This document shows, piece after piece, positions 39,244 to 51,706 of a stretch of 64,000 nucleotides of DNA. The DNA lies in assembly GCA_965203295.1 (NCBI GenBank), contig CBDBCZ010000015.1:1237639-1301638 (forward strand), read 5' to 3'. The stretch comes from Nitrospirales bacterium. GTDB taxonomy: Bacteria; Nitrospirota; Nitrospiria; Nitrospirales; UBA8639. The notes beneath the pieces are model-generated. The model saw only the letters and a list, made by a program, of their open reading frames with translations. It made no database searches and was not told the DNA's origin. Numbering within the stretch: position 1 is the stretch's first letter; the number at the start of each line of letters is the position of its first letter. The position numbers and the translations under genes were made by a program.

Positions 39244-39826
39244 GGTTAGGCCCAACCGGAGGTGAAGAAATATTATGACCGTGTACAGTTTTGACGCCCA
39301 TAGCTCAACAACATGGCGATGTAAGGCCATAAAAACTATGCAGGGCTAGAGTATAGAAACTGGAGAAAGCCTTGGAACAAGAATTTTGTTGATACGTGCA
39401 CCGTACAGGCACGAAATTCACTCACCTGCTCAAAACACATTCGTGGTAAATCCCTCTGAATTCAAGAGATAGATGTAGCTGAAGCCATGGCTGTATCTGT
39501 AGGACTATGGATTACATGTTTAGACATCGAGAATGAAGACTTATCGCCCTCCGCTGGAGAGTAATGGCCGTAATTGTTGGTTTTTAAAGTCGGCTCTGTA
39601 AGCTCTGGACATGTAGACCCCTTAGAAGTTTGGCATATCTGCGAGTCAGACCTACAGTTAGCTTGCGAGTCCTGGGATTTACCGCGACAGATTTTTCTGG
39701 CAACTCACTAATGCTTTCACTTTGTACGTAAAGGTATTGCATTATCATAATACATGAATTATCTAAGGTTGCCATAGGTACCTAGCGGTGTGTGCAACTT
39801 TGCGAAACTTCCGGTTGGGCCTAACC
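39244..39826. mobile_element. 583-bp non-autonomous DNA transposon with TTAA TSD (Kolobok-like GG...CC ends)
   Basis: TTAA|GGTTAGGCCCAACCGGAGGT ... ACTTCCGGTTGGGCCTAACC|TTAA. A right-truncated copy is at 54920-55490. Confidence 0.85.
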
Positions 39827-40206
39827 TTAACACAAGCCGGGACTTTAAAAGCTTAGCTCCAGGTTTCAAGGAAGTGTGCTAGGTTCTGACTTACCTAGCT
39901 AGAGAGCAGAGAGTCCCCAGGCTTCCCTTTTTCACTTCCACTGACAAAGGCTGGGGCTCACTGCCAGGCCTTGGAAGACACAAAAGCTGGCAGAAGGCCT
40001 GGGAACCAGGCTAGAAGCATGGTTTGCCAGTTTATTCATTTTTGTGCCATGTCACGAAAAATGAATTATGTGATTTCTAAATGTCTAGTTTGCCTGGTAC
40101 AAAGACATTTTCGATGACAGACGAACCAACTGCAACCATTAGAAATTCACAGTAGAATGCACACCAGAGCTAGAGCCCCCATAGGAGCCTGCAGGATCAC
40201 ATGTGG

Positions 40207-40665
40207 TACTGTAGTAGCCTCGTTCCCAGTCCTGCCTTTATCTCACAGACTTGGAGAAGAAGTGAGGGGGAAGGGCGCCTGGTACCACTTATCACGTACC
40301 GTGATGTAGGGTAGACTTATTTGCCCATACCACAGTACTTACGTGCCCATACACTGTACACTAATTGCATCCGTTAAGCACAATTGAAACGGCGCAACCG
40401 AGGGGTAGTTGACTGAGGCAGACAGTCCTTCAGGCAGCGATAAGCCCAGACTGACTTTGTCACACTCTATTCCAGTGGTGCCTGACCTCTCTCCCTCGTT
40501 GGAGCCTCGTCTCAGTCAGCCTCTGGGGTCTCCTGGTACTTACACTGTTGCCTAGCAAGTACCAATCTTCTGTTGTCCTCTCTTCTTCAAGTTCTTGGAT
40601 CCTCAGATCCTACCTTGTGGTCGGCTAGTGATCACAATGTCTTGACTTGGATGTGCACTTGTGGA
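40207..40665 (+). repeat. ~450-bp direct repeat; second copy at about 42053-42514
   Basis: TAGCCTCGTTCCCAGTCC...CAATTGAAACGGCGCAACCGAGG...GACTTGGATGTGCAC occurs at both sites. Confidence 0.85.
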
Positions 40666-41042
40666 AATTATTTTATATATGGAACCCAGTGCATATGTGT
40701 AGAATGGTGTCCCTACAGATTGCTTAGAGAGATCTGAGCCCAAGTACCGACCTCACTCTGCTTGCAAAAATTCTGTAATTAGATGCTCTCATGTGACCTG
40801 GTCATGGCATATCCCCCCCCTGCTGCGTTAGCGTGTGTGACATTGTTCTTACATAATTCTCTAAACTTGATACTGATCAAAATAGGAACTACTAGTATTA
40901 GCACCAGAGCTGCAGTTTCCCTTGCAATGTTATGTAGGGCCATACTTATGGCTGCAGAGCAGTTAATAGAATTTATGTACTTTTATAGCTAATATTGAGA
41001 GAGGTTTACAAACCCACAAGTGTTTCGAACAAGTGCTGGGTA

Positions 41043-41561
41043 GAGGTAGGTTCCACTTCCAAAAATGGATGTTTATTGGCGCCCAACATTCATTCACTTT
41101 TGGATGACTCTATCAAATGAAGCATTTTTATCCAAAAATGGGTGTTTTGTGACATTTTTTTTTCTATAGAGCTATAGGCCCATCACAGCCCCCCAAATAT
41201 TATATCTTAAACTTACCTACAGGTGTCCAAAAGGGAGCCTTCTGGCTTAATAACTGTTAACATTCATCAATTTTGGATGGTCAATGTCATCCAATTATGG
41301 ATGGTTTTAAGAACTGTAATATTTATCCAATGCTGGATGATCAATGTCTTCCAATTCTGGAAGTTAATAATTGCCATCCAAATATGGATGGTTGATGTCA
41401 ACCATTTTCGAATGTTTATTAGTCTTGCAGCTGCTCTATAGAAAACAAAGGTCACAAAACATCCATTTTTGGATGAAAATGCCTCATTTGATAGAGTCAT
41501 CCAAAAGTGGATGAATGTTGGGCGCCAATAAACATCCATTTTTGGAAGTGGACCTTACCTG
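41043..41561. mobile_element. 519-bp fold-back MITE with ~125-bp TIRs and 8-bp TSD (hAT-like)
   Basis: GCTGGGTA is duplicated at 41035-41042 and 41562-41569. Ends are GAGGTAGGTTCCACTTCCAAAAATGGATG and CATCCATTTTTGGAAGTGGACCTTACCTG, with internal CATCCAnnnnTGGATG repeats. Confidence 0.85.
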
Positions 41562-43707
41562 GCTGGGTACGTATATAAGGAGCCAGAAGGTTCCCTTTTG
41601 GACACCTGTAGGTAAGTTTAAGATATAATTTTTGGGGGGCTGTGATGGGCCTATAGCACACTTTTGAGAAACCCATGTGTGGACTACTACGGAATTGAAC
41701 TGGAACATGTCATGTAGGCTGAGGGCAAGTGTAAACAAGCCCCCTGTTGTGATGCAAATTGAAATTGTGTGTGTGTGTGTGTGTGTGTGTCCCCTACATG
41801 GTGAATAGTCCACAAATGCAGTAGTTCTACACCACACTACTAATGGTACTTGCTTTTTTACATGATGGCAACCTCAGTAATTTTCAGTCTTGTTTGAGGT
41901 GGAAAAATAACTAAGATTCCCTCCTTGTTTTTGAAAGTACTTCCACATTCAAATTTCTCACGACTAGAGCTCGAACTACTCTCACTCTGACCACTAGAGC
42001 TCAAGCTACTCTCAGTCTGAGAGCAAACAGTAGACGCTACACCAGACTATTGGTATTGTAGTAGCCTCGTTCCCAGTCCTTCCCTCACCAGTGTTTATCT
42101 CATAGCCATAGAGAAAAAGTGAGGGGGAAGGCCTGGTACCACTTATCACGTGTCATGACGTAGGGTAGTCTTGTATGCCCACACAATAATTGAAAAGCAG
42201 TATTCGTTAAGCACCAAACAATTGAAACGGCGCAACCGAGGACTGTTGACTGAGGCAGACAATCCTTCAGGCAGCGATAAGCCCAGACTGACTTTGTCAC
42301 ACTCTATTCCAGTGGTGCCTGACCTCTCTCCCTCGTTGGAGCCTGGTCTCAGTCAGCCTCTGGGGTCTCCTGGTACGTACACTGTTGCCTAGCAAGTACC
42401 ATAGCAGCAGTAGTATCTTCTGCTGTCCTCTCTTCTTCAAGTTCTTGGATCCTCAGATCCTACCTTGTGGTCGGCTAGTGATCAGAATGTCTTGACTTGG
42501 ATGTGCACTCGTGGTGATGAGAGTTCAGAGCCCAAGTACTGACAAGCCAATTACTTGCTTCACAAGTAATTGGCTCTCTCCATTGCAAAGAATCTGTAAT
42601 TAGATGCTCACACATGACCTAGTCATTGCATATTTCCCCTCGCCCTTTTCCACCTTAGGACCTAAAGCGAGGGGTGAGTTAGAACTGACGAATGGCACCT
42701 GAGATCGTACTGAACTGGATAAGCAGTGATCAGAAAGGTTAGGGAACTCGAACCCTTAGTGTAGTCACTAGAACCTCCCCTCCCCCCTTCCTCACAAAAA
42801 AAAACAAAAGCGTCTAGCAGAGACATGCCCCACGCTCCTGTACTCTGGAGACTGGACCTAAATTATATATTAACAGCGTAAAAGACATGTACGCTGTGTT
42901 CATGTACTGCCGAAGGGAATAACTGATTACTGCAGTAATGACACGGATGAGAAATTCAACACACCAGAGCTGCAGCCTCCATACAGGAGAGATACAATAG
43001 TATTCATGCATCTTAATTAGTAGGCTTTTTGAAAACCCACAAGTGTTTTTGAGCAGTGATGCCTTTAATGGTTCTCTCCATTGAAAAGATTCTGTAATCA
43101 GATGCTCCCACATGATCTGGCCATCCCCCCTCTTTTCCACCTTAGGACCTAAAGCCAGGAGTGAGTGAGAACTGTGAAGACCAGAAGTGACTCATCATTG
43201 ATTGAAGGGAACATTTCTAACATTTAAAGGTACCTTGCTTGTTATATTTAGGTTTTGAGCTGTCGGAACGAATTAAGATGCTGATTTAAGCGATTTTTTC
43301 AAGTCTGGTGTTTTGCAGAAGCCATAAAACCCTTGGGCTATTACTAATCGAAGATAGAGACCAAAGTTTATGTTGGACGGCCAGCATGACTAAATCCTCG
43401 TAATGAGGTATGCCACCAAACAACTCACTGTTAAAGTACTCACAAAAAGCACACTTGACCTAGAGGAAGAAGCTACTTAATTATGTGTAAAGTGACACAG
43501 AACACCTTGCTGTCGGTTAGTCATCACAATGTATTGACTTGGATGTGCGCTTGTGGAAGGTATTTGATATTTGGAACGCAGTACGTATGTGTAGAATGGT
43601 GACCGTACAGATTGCTAAGAGAGATCTGAGCCCAAGAACTGACCTCACTCTGCTTCACATCACTCAGTAGTAATCGATTCTCTCATTGCTAAAATTAGTT
43701 TATATAA

Positions 43708-44689
<982 letters not shown>

Positions 44690-44999
44690 TTAGTGGCTAT
44701 AATTAGTTGCTCCCACATGACTTGGTCATTGCATATTCCCTCTCCCCCACCTTAGGACCTAAAGCGAGGAGTGAGTGAGAACTATGACTGACTACTGCTG
44801 AAGGGCACCTGAGATCGTACTGAACTGAACAAGCAGTGATCAGAAAGGTTAGGTATACTCCTCCGTGACCACATGCCGAGAGACCGCGTGTGCCTGGCCT
44901 CTCTGCCTTAGTGGAGTTCCTCACCGTATTAAAATACCGCTATTTAGAGAACCCTTAGTGTAGCTCACCAGACCCTCCCCTCACCTCCCCACCAAAACA

Positions 45000-45436
45000 A
45001 GTAGAAACCTTTTAGCTGAGATAATACGCTCCTGGACTGGACTGGACCTAAATTATTGACAGCGCAAAAGACACGTATATCGTGTTCATGTACTGTCGTA
45101 GGGCGTGACGGATCACCGCAGTAAAGACATAGACACGTCGCTATGTATACTCCTTCGTGAACACATGCCAAGTGACCGCGTGTGCCCGGCCTCTGCCTTA
45201 GTGGAGTTCTTAACCGTATTAAAATGGCAGACCTTACCGATATTAGAGCTGGACGTGCGGAGACTAGAACCGCTTAGGTCACTGTCAGGACACACACGTC
45301 GATTTTTATTTATTTCTTTAGTTACATCCTTATTTGAAATTGTTAGAGCCTCTAAATCTTAAAGAATTTTTGAGGACAGCTGTACAACAACAACAGATTG
45401 CTCAACCCCACTCGTGTATACGCGGTGCAGGGTAAT
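45000..45436 (-). mobile_element. HINE-like element, inverted relative to the copy at 46224
   Basis: Reverse complement begins ATTACCCTGCACCGCGTATACACGAGTGGGGTTGAGCAATCTG. It shares GTGTGTCCTGACA...ATCGGTAAGGTC with 46885-46965. Confidence 0.55.
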
Positions 45437-46223
45437 AAGGAGAGTCTAGCAGAATTTGCACAAAATTAGCTTAAAACGGCCAGCCTGCACTGTTGAATAT
45501 TCTGTTAGCTGACTACTTTCGTATGTCGATCTGCCTTCACAGACATTGAGGTTCAGGGTAGAGAGAACACTTACAAGATCTCGTACGTACATGTAGATCA
45601 CATTGGCTAGATTGCTACCCGGAATGGTTTGTAGTATGGAAAGTAGACCAATAATATGTGTGGACTCTAACCACACCCCCGCTATATAACTGCCCTACAT
45701 TCCTCAATTCAGACCAAAGTCCTTCTGTCCAAATTTTTCTCCATGGCTACAATATGAGGTGAAAGGCCTCGGTATGGTTCATTGAGTATTCCATAGCAAG
45801 TTTATGCTTGCATGCATGTGGGAGTCTCTATACTTTATGCTGACCAAAACAGGAACTAGTAGTATTTGCACCAGAGCTGTAGTCTCCCTGTACTATGTAG
45901 AGCCATAATATGGCTGCAGAGCAGTTAATGATATTCATGCACTATAATGGATAATATTGAGAGTTTTAGCAACCCACAAGTGTTTTGAGCAAGTGTTGCA
46001 TATATAAGGAGGAAACCCAGCTCCTTGTTCTACATGTACCTTTTTCTAGCTGAAGCTTACAATTTTTGGGGGCCTGTGATGGGCCTATGAGTAGCACCTA
46101 ACGTGTTTATGTAGTGGCACTGTTGGAATTTTCCATACAGATAGATGTTAGCATGCTTGTGGTGTGTGTATTGTGCTGTTGGCAGGTTGTAGGGATGGTA
46201 ATCCATGAAAGTTCTGTTGTGTC

Positions 46224-47212
46224 ATTACCCTGTGCCATGTATACGCGAGTGGGGTTAAGTAATCGGTTTTGTCCATCTGTCGTCATCATCTGTCATGAAA
46301 AAAACTTTAAAATGGAGATTGAGAGGCTATAACAATCACAAAGCAGGATGTAATACCGTATTTCCGCGATCAGACGCCGCGGCTACTATTTATTTCATCG
46401 CGCGATTTTCCGCAGCCACTATTCGAGGGCGGCCACTAATCGAGGGCGGCGTTTATTAGATTGAGCGGTTTACTGGTTACACAGCGATGTACAACAGCAG
46501 TATAAATCCGTTTCAAAATCGCCGTTCGTGCCTCAACACTATCGAAAAGCCTTCATGCTACAATGCCAGCTGTTTTTTGGGAGAGGTATCGAAAATATAG
46601 ATTCGCGGGCATCCTCCGTCGGGCTCTGATCCCTTAAATTCGCAATCTCGAAGAAGACAAAGGTTAGGTCCGATAACTGTTAGCTAGCAAAGTCAAGTAT
46701 TACTCTACTTTTACTGTAGTTGCTACATCTTCTTGCTTACGCGGTACTTGAATTTTAGCCGCGGCTACTATTCGAGGGCGGCCACTATTTCATTCAGCAC
46801 GTCCGGAGGTGTGACTATAATTCGAGGGCGGCTACTAATTGAGGGCGGCGTCTGATCGCGAAAATACAGTAATTTAAATTCAATATGTGTGTCCCTGACA
46901 ATAACCAAAACGATTCTTGTCTCCGTATGTCCGACTCTTTCTTAGTCAACATCGGTAAGGTCCGCGATTTTGATGTGAACAAGATTTTGAATGTGACAGA
47001 GGCCAGCATATGCAGACTCTTGACGCGTTTCCATACTGGAGTATACGTAGAGAAGCACCCGTGTCATTACTACGGTGATCAGTCACGCTTACAACTCGTA
47101 TACGGCGTTACCTGAGCACGGTATACGGGTCCACATGCTGTTTTCAGTCAGCAGAGTTCAGGAGCGCGGGATATGTTTCTGCTAGAGACTTCAGGTTCGT
47201 ACCTTATTTGGT
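46224..47212 (+). mobile_element. HINE-like element interrupted by a MITE
   Basis: Starts ATTACCCTGTGCCATGTATACGCGAGTGGGGTTAAGTAATCGGTTTTGTCCATCTGTC. Paralog at about 57641-59250. Confidence 0.55.
46356..46869. mobile_element. 514-bp pogo/Tigger-like MITE with TA TSD
   Basis: TA|CCGTATTTCCGCGATCAGACGCCGC ... GCGGCGTCTGATCGCGAAAATACAG|TA, with subterminal ATTCGAGGGCGGC repeats. Absent at the paralogous site (about 58905). Confidence 0.9.
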
Positions 47213-47774
47213 TCATTTTTAGGGATTTCATCCTGACTTGCTTTTCATCTATTGAAATGATCTTTTCTGTGTAACGTGGTGCTGAGGCTACCTTGTTTTG
47301 TTAGTTTTTCAAGACCGTACATACACTAGCTCAGATTCAACTACCACGCCACAACATTACTTACCTCGTAATAAGAGGTGCTCAGCAATGAAATCTTGAT
47401 TAATGTCTCGCTCTCGCATAGGCTGTGTGAGTGTTAGAGGTCTCCATCCATTACCCTGTTGACTAACTGTTTTGGCCGGACCCTGTGGCAACTGGGGCAA
47501 GCATTGAGTGAGACCTAGGCTGGCAGGTGACGTGAAGCAGCTCACATTAAAATAATTAACAGTTCAAATAACTAACTAAAATGTAATGGAATACCAATGT
47601 CCTGGAAACCTTACTAGTGGCATCTCACTTGATTGTCTGTTATTACAACGATCTCCACAGTGCGTTTTGTGGCTGTATCTTGCTGTGCTTACGGTTCCCA
47701 GAATGGCTGGAAAGAGTTTGGCCATTTAGGAAGTGCACAATTACTTTCTTGATTGGTTGGCATACATGTACATA

Positions 47775-48757
47775 CTAGTGATATGCATGGCATAATGGGG
47801 CGAGCCTTCGCGAAGCACCAGAGCGTACAGTAGAAAATGTGATGTCAATAAAGAAAACTGTGCATGCATAATTTTAGTTTCTGTTTGTCTGTTTTGTACG
47901 TATATGTTCTCTGTTCCAGGACAACTGTAACCATTGTAGTGCATGAAGTACGATGGATCTTCTCACTGGAAATCGAGTAGCTCCTTCTTTTCTCATGACT
48001 CTAAGCCCTCAAGCTCATTGGGCAGTCATGGCAAACCAGTGACATGGCAGTCTGAGACTTACACACCAGTAGAGGGTTAGTTCTTGTTATTAAAGTACAA
48101 TTCGGTTACAGCATAACCTCAGGATGTAGGTGCAGACCAGGGAGCGGTTCTGAACACGACTCATCTCAAGTGTGCACAGAATTTGTGTACCTCAGAACAG
48201 CTACATAAGGAGCTGCTTGTATATACGTGTACAACTGGCCATGTCAATTCTCTCCCTCTAGACTGCTCACGGCATCTGCTGTAGTTGATCAGGTCTGTTT
48301 CTTTCCTTAATTGTCTGCCTTGCCTCAAGAGTCTCTGTGGTATTATAGATACACATGAAATGGATAGCCTGTAGCTACAAATCGCAAAAGTTAGCAGCAC
48401 TGAGATGGCTGATGTTGTAGCCTTAGTGCTTTATCACTCTCTCGGCGTCTACATAGGCCTAATCTCGCCTCCCTTCGCTTGGCAGTCTCCTCTGCTCTCC
48501 GTCGTCGTTCGTGCTCTCGCCTCCTGCGAAGCCTTTCTTGCATATTCATTGCGATCAGTGTACGGCGATACTCAGACGAGTACCACGTGCAAATAATTTA
48601 ATGCGCATGTGTATGGCCAGAGCCCCCCAAAATTTTTCCGGCCGACCCAAGCAATTTTTTTGACGGTTGAACGTACGATGGCAGACAGACAGACAGACAG
48701 ACAGAAATTTCCTCGTTGTACAGACTAGGTGGGGCTCGCTCAGTCTCGCCCCAATCA
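47775..48757 (-). mobile_element. Helentron/HINE-like element, apparently with both ends
   Basis: Minus strand 5' end ATTGGGGCGAGACTGAGCGAGCCCC plus (TCTG)n. The 3' end has the subterminal inverted copy GCTCGCCCCAT, a small hairpin and CTAG. Confidence 0.55.
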
Positions 48758-48829
48758 AAACACAAAATTAGTGAATATAGTGTTTAATGATTAGTTGCAT
48801 GTTTATGTGCTATACGCAGAATGCTGCAA

Positions 48830-49330
48830 ACCACATTTGGATGTTACTTTGGCCATAGTTTCTTCAGTAAGTATCGCGATCTTGCTGAGTAATTATACAT
48901 CCAAAAGGGGAGTTAGGATTTGCAAAGTTTTTGCCGGAATAGTCAAGGTATTGCAGTTTCGTTATGGAGCTGTTCTTTATCCAGCAAGTGTATAGCATAG
49001 TGAAATGATGTAAAATTGAACTCATTGCCACGAATATTTAAGTTTATTTCTTGAAGTTGTGGTAAGCTAAACACAAGCAGTGAATAACCTTAAAGTTATA
49101 AGGTTGTCATGTGTTACGTAGCCGAGGTGGTTGTGTGAGAGATTCAGTTCTTGTAGGTTACCCACTGTTTGTACTTGTCTTTCGAGGGCCTCAGTCAAGT
49201 GTGGGACTATGCTATCTTCCCCTAGACCATTGTGCGACCATTCCCCTAGACCATTGTGCGATAAAGTAAGACATTTCAAAGTGGGTTTTAGCAAGATCTG
49301 TTCAGAGACTGTACATGAATGAACTCTGCT
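48830..49330 (-). pseudogene. Degenerate leucine-rich-repeat (RI-like / NLR-type) exon
   Basis: LKCLTLSHNGLGE and LQELNLSHNHLG, then after a frameshift VFSLPQLQEINLNIRGNEF and KLQYLDYSGKNF. These fit LxxLxLxxNxL repeats, with stops and frameshifts. Confidence 0.7.
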
Positions 49331-49512
49331 GCGAACTCTGACTGTCTGATGACTCATGACTGTGTACATGCAAGTACTACTGCTCACTCCTTTTTGCAAG
49401 TGTAATTTAATTGTATAGGTTACTGGTATGTGTGTAAAATGGGATCGAAGTCTTACTGGCATACTATAGGCAAACCTAGTCTCCATTTTATGTACACTCA
49501 TGTGGACTTGCA

Positions 49513-49706
49513 CAAACACGCACACACACATATATATATACTTACACACACACTCACACACACACACACACACAACCACACACACACACATGTACACACA
49601 CACACACACACAACCACACACACACATGTACACACACAACCACACACACTCACACACACACACACACAACCACACACACACAACCACACACACACAACCA
49701 CACACA
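49513..49706. repeat. Compound (CA)n microsatellite
   Basis: Interrupted CA repeats, directly visible. Confidence 0.95.
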
Positions 49707-50111
49707 GAGAACAGTAGAGTTCAAGATCGTGAGTGGCGCCAGTCGACACCTGAGGATAGTTTCTCTCGGCTCTTCATCATATGCAAGGTAGCTACAGCTG
49801 GTCTTGTCCCCGATGCTCGTGAGCACCCCTCTGTTTTTTAATATCAGCTTGCGATACATACTCTCACAGTCAGAAGAATGTGCACAGCCGAAAGATATCA
49901 GCTTCAGAGCTTGCATTCCTCCACGTGTAATAATTAGATAACTGTAAAGGTAATTACCTCCTTATGTACTAAATACAGTGCAAAGTTTTGTAATAAGTCT
50001 CCTTGTACTCTCTGTGTAATTGTTTTAATCACAGCCGTAAACAAGGCCAGTCAGTTACTAGCGGGTTTAGTGGCTATTATAAAGCTTGCCTACTGCTCCT
50101 CTGCCGAGGGG

Positions 50112-50185
50112 GCTCCAGTAGCTCGATTGGTAAGAGCATCTGACTAGTATTCAGAAGGTCCTGGGTTCAATCCCCAGCTGGGTCC
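50112..50185 (+). tRNA. tRNA-Thr(AGT)-like sequence, probably a tRNA-derived SINE head or pseudo-tRNA
   Basis: Cloverleaf: D-arm GCTC/GAGC, anticodon arm TCTGA-CTAGTAT-TCAGA, T-arm CTGGG-TTCAATC-CCCAG, acceptor GCTCCAG/CTGGGTC with one mismatch. TTTTT follows just downstream. Confidence 0.65.
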
Positions 50186-50769
50186 CGATTTTTCGGGATT
50201 TCTCTACACTCTCAGAAAGCATTCTTGTCTTGAAGAGTTCACAATGCATATGGGTTTTCTTTCATCTGGTTCATAGTTTATGTATAGCTGGATTTAGTGT
50301 TACCAGGGTCCATCAATGAGCGAGATTGGACATTGCTCAATGAATTCTGAGAAATAATTATATTACTGTCATTTTGCCGCAATTCGTGGTGACATACGTA
50401 GTTCCTTGTATTTCAGGTGCTCTTACACTTTGGAGAATGTCTTTTTGTACCACTAAAGAGTGTAAGAACTGCCCCTGAACTTTTGTATAAATTATGAGTT
50501 TTCAAGTTAATTATGCTCGGTGACGAGTTTTTTTGCTTTGTGATGAGGAAGATATGGGAGGGATTTTTTTTTGTAATAGTGTGACGATTGCCAGTGATGT
50601 CTAAAAATCACTCATGACTATCGTAAATCAATTACTGTATCTGCCCAAATAAATGTGTGTTCACAAGAACTGCAGGGACGATTCTGTAGTGAACCTCAAT
50701 AGGATGCAGCTGCTTCACATTGTGCCCATGCCGTGCCTGTACAGTTGTTAGGTGTGGAAGCACAGAGCA

Positions 50770-51706
50770 TCAATCAATCAATACTTTAACGTTAGTTCTG
50801 TCCGTCTGTCTGTCACGGATGTGACGTCACCTAACAGAACGTGCTTGCGCGAGAATACGCGAGAAGACCGTGACGTCATCATATTTTGTGTACATAGCTA
50901 ATTAGTACTTTGACCGCTGCATGCGTTGGGACTACTTCGACCGCTGCGTGCGTTGGGATGCTCTGACAGCCGACGGTATTATCATGATGGCCTGAAATCA
51001 GCACTTCAAGCGCACTCTATTGCGAAGGTTAGTGGCTGTAGATCTATAGTCCTGTAAGTGCAAACCATGCACAGCTGTAACGTCTACGCTAGACAAACTA
51101 CGACGATGTGCATTAAATGGAGTCAGTTCCATTCGCCTACATGTGCTGATGTGGGTATGGTTTTGTAATTGTTTGCAGTCTCTCCTTTGAGGTGCCTCCA
51201 CATGGCTCAGGCAGAAAACTACTGTCAGAGTCTCGATCAGGCTACTGCCACTGGCAGATGCTCCACATTCCATACGATAGCTATACTACATGGACATTAC
51301 ATAATACATGCTTTGGCTTCTAAAAGAAATGTAGTGTGCACACGTACTATATACTTACCCCCCACTGTGACGAGGCAATTTTCAACACTGACATGTGGCT
51401 TAGTCAAAAGCACTGCTTCATTGGCAGAAGATGTTATACTGTTCCATGCAAATCACATAATACATGCTTTGGCTTGTAAAAGAAATGTAGTGTGCACACG
51501 TACTATATACTTACCCCCCACTGTAACAATTCAATTTTCAACACTGACATGTGGCTTAGTCAAAAGCACTGCTTCATTGGCAGAAGATGTTATACTGTTC
51601 CATACAAATCACATAGAGGTCACACTTTTCATTTCTATCGGTATACAGAGTGAGCGAGTTGAACACGCACAAGTACTTGCGCAAGCGAAGCGAGCACAAG
51701 TACTTG
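50770..51706 (+). mobile_element. Putative non-autonomous Helitron carrying a 156-bp internal tandem duplication
   Basis: A^TC start, early TCTGTCCGTCTGTCTGTC tract, and 3' GCGAAGCGAGCACAAGTACTTG^T (CTTG rather than canonical CTAG). Confidence 0.4.
51299..51615 (+). repeat. Two tandem copies of a 156-bp unit
   Basis: ACATAATACATGCTTTGGCTT starts at 51299 and 51455. It explains the duplicated peptide in ORF 51169-51774. Confidence 0.95.

Noticed and set aside
47357..47545. Identical 62-aa ORF in both duplicon copies as evidence of selection
   Set aside because: Flanking non-coding DNA is equally identical, so recent copying or conversion explains it.
49430..49841. His/Thr- and Cys/Val-rich ORFs (also 60757-61059)
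   Set aside because: Translations of (CA)n/(TG)n microsatellites.
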